Origin: an uncultured virus (IMG/VR IMGVR_UViG_3300020463_001507)
Taxonomy: Duplodnaviria > Heunggongvirae > Uroviricota > Caudoviricetes
DNA: 64,000 nucleotides
Virus record (IMG/VR): IMGVR_UViG_3300020463_001507
Reading direction: 5' to 3' (one strand)
This document shows, piece after piece, positions 57,001-64,000 of this stretch. The first letter of the stretch is position 1; each line of letters begins with the position of its first letter. The position numbers and the translations under genes are program-made. Below the pieces are notes generated by a model. The model saw only the letters and a list, made by a program, of their open reading frames with translations, did no database searches and was not told where the DNA came from.

Positions 57001-60000
57001 AGTCAATACTTCTATATGTAACAGTATCACTTTCATCAAAGTTAATTGCTGTGTTTGGTCTTACATTTAGCTGTGTTGGATCAGTTATTCCATTAAACAC
57101 ATGTGATTTTACATTTCTAAATTTGACTAATGTTCCTGTAGAAATAGTTGCTTGTATCTTATCAAAGAAATCATTTGCTTGTGCAGAGTCAACTGCAATA
57201 CTTAATTTATAAATTCTGTTACTAATATTTCCTATGCCTAGTGTATTTGCAACTGCCACTACGTCAAAGGTTAGATTGGCTCCTCCACCATTTCCTATAT
57301 CAGCATCTGCGATTGTAATTGTTTCACCTGTAGCGTAATTTTGTCCGCCTCGATTTACTGTAACCGAAGTTGCAGCACCAGTCCCATCGACTGTGATATT
57401 AAAGGATGCACCACCGCCATTAACAGTACCACCTGAAGTATATGCGCCATATGCAGTACCATCAACTGTAGTAGTAAGTGCCTCATCAGAGTATAAATCA
57501 AATTGTGTTTCACCTACATTTGAAGAAACTATTTTAGCATAGTATGGATTATTAGTAAGTTGTGTCATTCCACTAACAGCGGCAATTACAATTCTAGCAC
57601 CGTCTCTTAAATTATGTGGTGTTGTTGTTGTAATCCTCACAGGATTAGTTTGAGTAGCACCACTTATATTTTTCTGTGCTCCACCTGCACCTTGAACATC
57701 AGTATATGTGCCTGCAGATCTTGAACCGTCTGCGCCACCAATATTGGTTACTGACTCAACACCTGTTACATGTACATCACCTATTTCGCCAAAGATTTGG
57801 TCGTTGTCTGAATCACTCATAGCCTCAACAGCATTAATTAAATAATTTAATGTGCCTGTTGCACCACCGTGCTCAATAGTAACATGTGAGTTAGGCAAAG
57901 GTGCTCGTGCTAGTTCAGTTACATATATATCTGTATCATTAATAGCATTTGTAAATGTGCTAGTAGTAACAGTTTTAGCAGGTTGCATTGTTGCATCACG
58001 CAAAGTTACTTGATCTGGAATCTCGTTTGGATCTGCACCTTCAGCTACTAAGCCGAAGTTACCATAACCGTTTGAACAGTTTAGAGCCCTAATCTCTGAA
58101 CCATTAAACGCATAAAATGCCGCATGGTTATAGTACGTAAATGTTGATACTTGCTCTGATACTGCGCCGTTGTTACAAACCAATCCATAACCTAAATCGT
58201 TTATTTGTGTAAAGTTCTGTGCAAGTAAAGATCTGTTACCTGATGTTTGTAAAAATAAATCTCTATAATATCTTGTGTTTGCAAATTGTGACTCATCATA
58301 TCCTGTACCACCATTTGAATCTGCATCTAAATAAATTTTACACCAACCATTACCACTGTCATAATCTGATATGGCATTAATTTGATATCTTCGTCCTTCT
58401 ACATAGAATGGACAAGGAAGTAATGGTGCTCTTAAAAATAATCCTTCGCCTGGCAAACTTCGTATCCACAAAGTAAAATTGTTAATCTTACCATTCTGTG
58501 AGCCACCTAATGCCGCTCCTGGATCAATTGTTTCAGGAACATAAACTGGAAGGTTAGCAACATAAGCATCTAAGAACATACCTCCTGCAAAAGTCTTTTT
58601 GTTTTCACTCTTTGAAAAACTAGAACATGCAAATATGTAAGGCGATTTGGTTAAAATTTGTCCTTCAGGATCAAGCACAGTCATAAATCCGCCGTGTCCT
58701 TGACAACTTACATTAGAAATAATAGTGCCGTCGTTCATTAAGAATACGTCCATTTGATTATTTCTTTTGGCTGGATTGTAGTTTACGTCAAATGCATATG
58801 TAACTCTTCCAACTAAATTAGTTGCTAGTGTCCCTGTACCAGATTCAGCTGTACCTCCAGTTAATACTGGTGGCTGATATGTTGATGCTCCAGTGTTTTG
58901 TAAAATACTTCCTGATGGATAGCTACCTGTAAATAATTGATTAAGGAATACGCCTATTTGTGTAATTGAATCACGTGTAATTGCTTCTTGTCCTAAGAAA
59001 CCACCATCAGCATATTTGGCAACATAATAATAGTAGTATTCACCTGCTGACTCCGTTGTAAATTCTGCTCCACCTCTAATTAAATCATTTCTAATAGAGT
59101 CAACAATCAGTCCAACATCTCTCCTACATTTTGCAACACCATGAACATAATTTACAAAGTTTGTGTTAACAAAACTTATAACACTATTTTGTATTGTGAG
59201 AATTTGACTTGCTTGTAGTATAGCTGTTCTAGCTGTTGTAAATTGTGACTCAGCATATGTAAAGTTTGGAAGTGTTTCTGCGGCTATACCTGATGTACTA
59301 TTTGCTGTAACCACATCTTCAACTATTTGTAGTAAACCGCTAAATTCTGCTTGTTCGCTTGTAGATGATGCTTCTAATGTAATGTTTTGTGCTACATCAG
59401 ATTGTAAACTGGTAACAACATTATCAACTAATACAGTTTCACCTATAGTAGAAAGATAATTTAGTGCACCTGCAACTGCTGTTCTCTGTGCTGCACTTGC
59501 TGTCCATAGTTCAGTTGCACCGTTGTACAAACTTAGAGCAACTCGTCTAGTTGCACTATTACCACCATATTGTAAATCATAACTAGCCGCATCGAGGACT
59601 CTTCCTATTTCAAATTTTAATCTTGTTGCATCTAAACTTGCACCTGAATGATTTGTGTTTACCCATTCTGCTATTTCTGCTTGTAAGAAACTATTATTTG
59701 CTTGTAATTGTTTTCTTGCTTTTGTAGCATCAGCGTTTACGTCAGCACCTGCTGTTGTGATAGGATAATTAAATTCTAAAGGTCCTGCTCCATTACCAGT
59801 GTTTACACTACCGTTTGTAATAATGTCAACTATTTCTGTAACTGAATCATCTATTCTTGCAATACCTTCTGCAGATAATTCAACAGCGGCAATATTTCTT
59901 ACAAGGTAACCAATATATCTGACAGCACTTATAGTTGCTTCTTTGTTTGCAGCCACAGCCGTAGCTTGTGGAGTTTGCTGATAATATAAACCTCTATTCA

Positions 60001-62755
60001 CAGCATTGTAATTTGTCTCCAACACCATGTCATTTGCAATGTCATTTAAAATTAGTTCGACTCTTGATCGCCAAGTAGCTTCGTCATAAGTTATGTTAGG
60101 CTTGTTTGCATCTACCCAGGCAATAACTTCTTCTTGAATAAATTTTTTGTTTAGCCTTACTATCTCAGCCGCAGTGGTGTAATTTCCTACATTGGTAATA
60201 GTTGGTCCTACTGATATTGGCTTATCTGCATCTGTTAGATAATGATATCCAAAGAATCCTTGTTTATTTCCAGATTGATTAAAGAAAGGAGTACCTGTGT
60301 TTGCTGTGCTTAATCCATCAAATTCTCTGTCTCTATATAGATAGGTTCCCGCCCATGGAGATTGCGATGCTCTATCTTTTGGTTTAATTATGACTCTTCT
60401 ATAGTCATCTCCCCTAATTGAAACATTGTCAGGAACCTTAATTGGATAATCTTCTTCGTATACACCTGACTCAATGTGTAATGTAATTTGTTTACTTTTA
60501 CTAGTGTTTCCATATAGTATGCTTTCACCTACTTCAAAATCTTTTGGAAATAGTAGTTGTACTTCTAAAGTATCATTGTTTCCGTTAGTAGCATCGTTAG
60601 AGGTTAAACTTACAATTTTAGCTACCGCTCCAGAAATTTTACCAGTAATAATTTTTCCAGGTAACAAATCATTGTTACTAGGTATTCCTTGATCGACGTA
60701 ATTCAAAGAACCGTTATTTAGAACAACTTTGTAATTGCTACCAAACACTTCATCTGAACCAGAATTAATCCCATTCGTAATAATATTTGTTATCAAATCA
60801 AATTTTGCACCAATTGCAACTCTTGCTGTTGCATCTCCATCACCACCAACGTTAGTCCAACGTGTGACTTCTGTTTGATAGATAGGACCAACTTTACCAG
60901 TTGTAAAAGCAGAATAACCTGATGCTGTGCTAAATGGTGTAGTTAAACCTTCATCAGTAAACAATTCAAAAGTCTGATCAGTTAATTTTTTAATATAAGC
61001 AGTCGCACCGTTGATTTCTGTCATACCTCCTGACACAACAAAAGTGACTTGGTTCTTATCAACCAAACCGTGATTAGTAGTTGTGCCAACTACTGCTGGT
61101 GATGCTATAGTAATACTTGCTACTGTTTTTTCTTGAAAAAGATCCTGCTGTAATAATGCAGTAACTAAATCTTTCTTAAAAGTAATCGAAGCAAGTGTTT
61201 GGGTTAATTGTGTTGTAATTGCTTTTCTGGCACTTGCTGTTGAATAATATCTTTCAGCTGCCGCTCTTGTAAGAGTGTTAGCATTCAATCCTCTGTTTAT
61301 ATCTAATGCTATACTATCTAATATTAGTTGTGAATCTAATTCACAACGTGGTATGTTATAAGTAAAATTAGGATATGTAAATTTCAAATATCCAGTAAGT
61401 TCTTTAATGATAAAGTCTCGGTTATTTTCTATAATTCTTCTTGTTTGTTCATAAACTGGTGACACAACATCTGCAACAGTGACTTCTGCATCTTTATCGC
61501 CACTGTCTCTTGTAATAATTTGTTTGTATGGTGCTAGGTCTGCTGTGGCTGGTGCTGAAGCCCTAACTAATTCTTGAGCTTTACCCATCGCCGCTTTAAT
61601 AGTTCTGTACGCATAGGTCCATCCTGTACCTTCTTTACCTTGCGGTACATTTTTCATTAGGTCATCACCTGTCGTAGTCACAAATAAATTTGTTGAACTA
61701 GAATAAGCTGTGTTGTCTACATAAAATTTTGTTGCGGCTTGTAAATCTTCATTACCATTCGGAGCACCTGCACCTGCAAGTTCACCTGGATGATCATTAA
61801 GATACAATGCACCTGTCATTGAATCACCTTGCCTACGCACAATACTCTTACGTGGTAAAGCAACGTTATTTAAAAAGTTTCCTGCAAGTGTAGCATCATA
61901 TGTATTATCAACAAGTGTATGTGTATCAGCTGCGGCAATTGTTCCAGATACTGCAACCTTAGTTGCATTTGCAACATCTAAGTTTTGATCTGCTGCACTT
62001 GACGATGTTGTATGAAGTGTAAAGTTGTTATCATCTACACGTCTTATATAATAAACGGTGCCTGTCACTAATCCAGATGGATCTGTGTCTTCTGCATTAA
62101 ACTTGTAAGCTGTACCATTTATGCTTGAATCATATCCATGGCTAAGAACTTCAATATTATTGTTTAAATATCTGTTAATTGTTAAAGTATATTGTGTAAC
62201 TGTAGCTGGCTCGTCGTTTATTCTAACTGGAGAAGTACCTGTTGTATCATTTATAAGGTATCTACCATCTGCATATCCTTTGCTTATAACTAAGTCGTCA
62301 ATTGTTACAGTATTATCGCCATGACTAGTTGCATATTGTTGTGCAGCCGCTTCTGTTACTGCAACTTTAGCTATAGGTTTCTCGTTTGCTAAAAGTGGCC
62401 CGCCTAATGTTGGAGTTAAGTCATCTGACATTTCAGTAAATGCAGTTGATATAATTAGCTTGCCAGCTATATTGTAACTGAATACAATAGTATCTTGTGC
62501 TCCGCCACCAAGTGCAGAGTTAGATGCAAGTGTTGCAAGTTGTATGGCTGTGCCTGCATCATTTACAAGTGGGACTGTATTTGCTGTCAATTGGTTTGGA
62601 GTATCTGCTAAAGCAGTAAAGTTAATAGTACCACCTTGTCCAAAGACTGCATATAGTTCTGAAAAGTTTTCGTTGGTTTTACGAAACGATTCTCTAATAC
62701 TATCTCCGGTGCCGTCGTTACCCTCTACACCAATGTTTACTTCTTGTCTAGCCAT
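54026..62755 (-). CDS. giant (2909 aa) tail or baseplate structural protein
   Basis: N-terminal VNIGVEGNDGTGDSIR; beta-helix-like segments; FCCH-like HGL/HNL..GMT modules; C-terminal RYADLAEKY...GRVPCKVIG chaperone-like domain. Confidence 0.85.
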   Translation of the reverse strand: MARQEVNIGVEGNDGTGDSIRESFRKTNENFSELYAVFGQGGTINFTALADTPNQLTANTVPLVNDAGTAIQLATLASNSALGGGAQDTIVFSYNIAGKLIISTAFTEMSDDLTPTLGGPLLANEKPIAKVAVTEAAAQQYATSHGDNTVTIDDLVISKGYADGRYLINDTTGTSPVRINDEPATVTQYTLTINRYLNNNIEVLSHGYDSSINGTAYKFNAEDTDPSGLVTGTVYYIRRVDDNNFTLHTTSSSAADQNLDVANATKVAVSGTIAAADTHTLVDNTYDATLAGNFLNNVALPRKSIVRRQGDSMTGALYLNDHPGELAGAGAPNGNEDLQAATKFYVDNTAYSSSTNLFVTTTGDDLMKNVPQGKEGTGWTYAYRTIKAAMGKAQELVRASAPATADLAPYKQIITRDSGDKDAEVTVADVVSPVYEQTRRIIENNRDFIIKELTGYLKFTYPNFTYNIPRCELDSQLILDSIALDINRGLNANTLTRAAAERYYSTASARKAITTQLTQTLASITFKKDLVTALLQQDLFQEKTVASITIASPAVVGTTTNHGLVDKNQVTFVVSGGMTEINGATAYIKKLTDQTFELFTDEGLTTPFSTASGYSAFTTGKVGPIYQTEVTRWTNVGGDGDATARVAIGAKFDLITNIITNGINSGSDEVFGSNYKVVLNNGSLNYVDQGIPSNNDLLPGKIITGKISGAVAKIVSLTSNDATNGNNDTLEVQLLFPKDFEVGESILYGNTSKSKQITLHIESGVYEEDYPIKVPDNVSIRGDDYRRVIIKPKDRASQSPWAGTYLYRDREFDGLSTANTGTPFFNQSGNKQGFFGYHYLTDADKPISVGPTITNVGNYTTAAEIVRLNKKFIQEEVIAWVDANKPNITYDEATWRSRVELILNDIANDMVLETNYNAVNRGLYYQQTPQATAVAANKEATISAVRYIGYLVRNIAAVELSAEGIARIDDSVTEIVDIITNGSVNTGNGAGPLEFNYPITTAGADVNADATKARKQLQANNSFLQAEIAEWVNTNHSGASLDATRLKFEIGRVLDAASYDLQYGGNSATRRVALSLYNGATELWTASAAQRTAVAGALNYLSTIGETVLVDNVVTSLQSDVAQNITLEASSTSEQAEFSGLLQIVEDVVTANSTSGIAAETLPNFTYAESQFTTARTAILQASQILTIQNSVISFVNTNFVNYVHGVAKCRRDVGLIVDSIRNDLIRGGAEFTTESAGEYYYYYVAKYADGGFLGQEAITRDSITQIGVFLNQLFTGSYPSGSILQNTGASTYQPPVLTGGTAESGTGTLATNLVGRVTYAFDVNYNPAKRNNQMDVFLMNDGTIISNVSCQGHGGFMTVLDPEGQILTKSPYIFACSSFSKSENKKTFAGGMFLDAYVANLPVYVPETIDPGAALGGSQNGKINNFTLWIRSLPGEGLFLRAPLLPCPFYVEGRRYQINAISDYDSGNGWCKIYLDADSNGGTGYDESQFANTRYYRDLFLQTSGNRSLLAQNFTQINDLGYGLVCNNGAVSEQVSTFTYYNHAAFYAFNGSEIRALNCSNGYGNFGLVAEGADPNEIPDQVTLRDATMQPAKTVTTSTFTNAINDTDIYVTELARAPLPNSHVTIEHGGATGTLNYLINAVEAMSDSDNDQIFGEIGDVHVTGVESVTNIGGADGSRSAGTYTDVQGAGGAQKNISGATQTNPVRITTTTPHNLRDGARIVIAAVSGMTQLTNNPYYAKIVSSNVGETQFDLYSDEALTTTVDGTAYGAYTSGGTVNGGGASFNITVDGTGAATSVTVNRGGQNYATGETITIADADIGNGGGANLTFDVVAVANTLGIGNISNRIYKLSIAVDSAQANDFFDKIQATISTGTLVKFRNVKSHVFNGITDPTQLNVRPNTAINFDESDTVTYRSIDFQNTDPYAQAVGANSIFTTLDSAFETLDIESTGDTNLVGGNGSTQGDTKIAIKQLTRASDITRITRDIAGLQPGEGGYAGGMLFTHNGKVHQVTNYESDSTVAYITIQDVAGTNINKSYSGTGLNSGLSTSTAESFKLGINANSTAELTVSISLVRATGHDFTQIGTGSFNDSNYPNIILGKAENSLAEFYTTDNTASKAQVWERRKGRVFFVSTDQFGFFRVGKFFSVDQATGLITFSGEIGLSNANALGFTKGVTINEFSADDSMADASASAVPTEKSVVAYVNRRLGSTEGGSQVQASPSGNRIGQGFVPLNGTFPMEGALVMGTNQITGVANPGTDGTAATNKNYVDARVGEFDEVKKLRSVETNSQTKDDLLVATGKKRIFITPTSGGTWSVGQTITINGNAAINGSIVDLENTTDQLLGSVGNGYSVTIVTYTVGAGAFSLSDVLSNGTATATILTAPTDEWANASEASSSDINLNTTRTATDAEFDLQIAPGVIVNADVNTSAGIVQSKLSLQSANTFDEDDATNGYSGSATKTQADLGLAKFSDENFETSDGFVRIKDGGIAVAELTNINTGNVLGRTTAGTGSVEEISFANALTAGGGLVDSDFTNTVVSGDTGFPGSALIKLSAGNYGVSVISTASTGDTIARRKTTGAIQANSYIIGGTDTYEILSEASGTLTFKTPAQGTILTAVGGSVTPTVTYPIVKIPGNLDVGETNISTESTFHAGSSYTGESFVATDWIYTNFIEANGERDATGTGIGLGAGTGFTDAAADVIQIVTGGAVRVQVADTLTKVTNALQVDGNTTLGSDGSDTVTINGRVNANILPNADNTINLGQGGGTPLKFNTVYATTFSGTATTARYADLAEKYLADEAYEAGTVVVLGGTEEITVTSTKDDHRVVGVVSTNPAYLMNSELEGTHPTDVAMTGRVPCKVIGLIAKGDMLVASGVPGHAVVNNNPNPGTIIGKALENKADSGKGTIEIIVGKI

Positions 62756-62768
62756 TTATTGCACTCCG

Positions 62769-63131
62769 TTATATTGCTGTTTCTGCAAGTTTATCCATAT
62801 CAAAATTTACACTAACGCCACAACCACATGATGATTTAGCATTAGGATTTCGTACTTCAAAATTAGAACCCACTATTGTTTTTACGTAATCTATTTCTGT
62901 ACCAAATAAGAACATCATACTTTCATTACCTATTACAAATTTTCCTTTACCTGCATCCATTGTAATATCCAAAGGCTTTATTTCGTCTACTGATTTAACA
63001 GTACCCCAATCATATTCAAAACCTGCACAACCGCCGCCTTTTAGGTTCAAACTAATACCATAGCAGTCATTTTCCTGGCATATTGTGTTAATTTGTTGTT
63101 TTGCTGATTCTGTAAGTGTACAAACGTTCAT
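62769..63131 (-). CDS. iscA: HesB/IscA Fe-S cluster carrier
   Basis: GGGCAGFEY and NPNAKSSCGCGVS. Confidence 0.92.
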   Translation of the reverse strand: MNVCTLTESAKQQINTICQENDCYGISLNLKGGGCAGFEYDWGTVKSVDEIKPLDITMDAGKGKFVIGNESMMFLFGTEIDYVKTIVGSNFEVRNPNAKSSCGCGVSVNFDMDKLAETAI

Positions 63132-63192
63132 TATGGTTCCTCGTTATACTGTATTTATAAGTTTATTCTATAATCTTTATGTAAATATAGTT

Positions 63193-63480
63193 ATGTATAT
63201 TAGAGAATTTGAAGAAGAAACTAGGCATACCCGTAGATCTAAGTCTGGTAGAAAACATAGTTATAGACGTGCTAAAACAGTAGTTGTTTTAAGATGTGAT
63301 AATTGTGATGTAGAATTTCATCGTGAGAGAGGAACAATGGATCCAAAACGTCTGTCCAATAATTATTTTCATGTATGCCACAAATGTGATGCTAAAACAT
63401 TTGCTCAAAAAAAGGGAGTAGAAAAGAAGCAGATGTGGAATCTATCTGCTTCTAGTGATATACCTATAGGTAAACTTTAG
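63193..63480 (+). CDS. Zn-ribbon protein
   Basis: Probable start MYIREF at 63193, five nucleotides after TAAATA; CDNC and CHKC pairs. Confidence 0.75.
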   Translation: MYIREFEEETRHTRRSKSGRKHSYRRAKTVVVLRCDNCDVEFHRERGTMDPKRLSNNYFHVCHKCDAKTFAQKKGVEKKQMWNLSASSDIPIGKL

Positions 63481-63641
63481 TCTTCTTTTTTGTAGATTGT
63501 CCATGCACCGTATGCAATAGCTGCATAGGCTGCAATTTTAGCAAATGGACCAGCAATTAAAACTATTACACCTATTAAAATAAGTGCGGCACCGTCCCAA
63601 GAAGTTCTTTCTTCTATTCTTGATTTTAACCATTTAATCAT
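63477..63641 (-). CDS. 54-aa membrane protein (holin-like)
   Basis: Not in the ORF track. Manual translation: MIKWLKSRIEERTSWDGAALILIGVIVLIAGPFAKIAAYAAIAYGAWTIYKKED; AGGAGG SD. Confidence 0.8.
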   Translation of the reverse strand: MIKWLKSRIEERTSWDGAALILIGVIVLIAGPFAKIAAYAAIAYGAWTIYKKED

Positions 63642-63927
63642 TGTTTTGCCTCCTTTGATTTAAACTTGTAATAGCAGAGTCAAATCTAGATAACTTACGT
63701 TCTAATACTGAAACAGTTGTACGTAATTTACGTAATTGTTCATCTAAACTTTGTACATACTTATGAGTAGGTACTTGATTCTCAAAACCATCTTCACTGA
63801 CCATTACAATATGATCAACTCCTTGCCCTTTAATTCCACCAGTAACCCTATTAGGATTTTTACCCGATGGCTGTTTCGAACTGTCTAATTTTTGACTGCC
63901 GTACATTGTTTTCAAGTAGTTCATCAT
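63634..63927 (-). CDS. hypothetical coiled-coil protein
   Basis: 97 aa with KNPNRVTGG; TAAATA upstream at 63942-63947. Confidence 0.7.
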   Translation of the reverse strand: MMNYLKTMYGSQKLDSSKQPSGKNPNRVTGGIKGQGVDHIVMVSEDGFENQVPTHKYVQSLDEQLRKLRTTVSVLERKLSRFDSAITSLNQRRQNND

Positions 63928-64000
63928 TCTTTCCTTCGTAATATTTATGCAAATCTATACTGGCTAAATTTTTAAATTTGGATTCAACCATAATATCAGC
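63860..64000 (-). CDS. uvsE: UV-damage endonuclease (UvsE/UvdE), 3' end only
   Basis: Manual translation ADIMVESKFKNLAS...AIG* matches the DIMxExKxK C-terminal motif of UVDE TIM-barrel nucleases. Confidence 0.65.
   Translation of the reverse strand, partial: ADIMVESKFKNLASIDLHKYYEGKNDELLENNVRQSKIRQFETAIG

Noticed and set aside
49582..62755. Diversity-generating retroelement targeting the fibres
   Set aside because: No reverse transcriptase and no near-identical TR/VR pair with adenine-specific mismatches was seen in the window.
442..62831. Many plus-strand ORFs of 60-180 aa in the ORF track
   Set aside because: They are antisense shadows of well-supported minus-strand genes, with no SD or motifs, and are expected from codon bias.
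1..64000. Stop-codon reassignment, as in some large phages
   Set aside because: Long conserved genes are intact under the standard bacterial code, and TAA, TAG and TGA all end genes at sensible positions.
1..64000. tRNA, rRNA or large ncRNA genes
   Set aside because: Intergenic gaps are short, and I saw no cloverleaf or T-loop signature in them.

Overview
This is a 64-kb, AT-rich, gene-dense segment of a large tailed dsDNA bacteriophage, probably an aquatic jumbo or T4-related myovirus. The ferredoxin and CCA-enzyme styles hint at an alphaproteobacterial host. Nearly all genes lie on the minus strand; only phoH and a small Zn-ribbon gene are on plus. From left to right the window holds: (1) a 7-deazaguanine DNA-modification locus (5' end of folE, HIT hydrolase, phosphoribosyltransferase, cupin, GT-B glycosyltransferase, QueD-like T-fold protein, TGT/DpdA-like transglycosylase), next to sugar-nucleotide genes (epimerase, eukaryote-type phosphomannomutase, cytidylyltransferase), a sliding clamp and a family-B DNA polymerase; (2) an ~11-kb block of putative capsid-internal or ejected proteins with shared N-terminal M-[KR]-x-x-[DE] leaders and [ILV]-x-E junctions, including a ~1050-aa polyprotein (zincin, 5'-nucleotidase, ParB/Srx and CCA-adding domains); (3) clpA, dnaJ and a lysis cassette (holin candidates, spanins, GH19 endolysin); (4) phoH, methyltransferases, dioxygenases, thyX, ferredoxin, clamp loader, exonuclease, MazG, groES and an N-terminal fragment of Pol III alpha; (5) baseplate and tail-fibre genes including a subtilase and a 2909-aa protein; (6) iscA and the 3' end of a UV-damage endonuclease. 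Near-consensus sigma70 promoters precede the metabolic and replication genes, and TAAATA late-type motifs precede the structural genes. I saw no tRNA, rRNA, CRISPR array, integrase or reverse transcriptase. All family calls come from motif recognition by eye; no searches were run.
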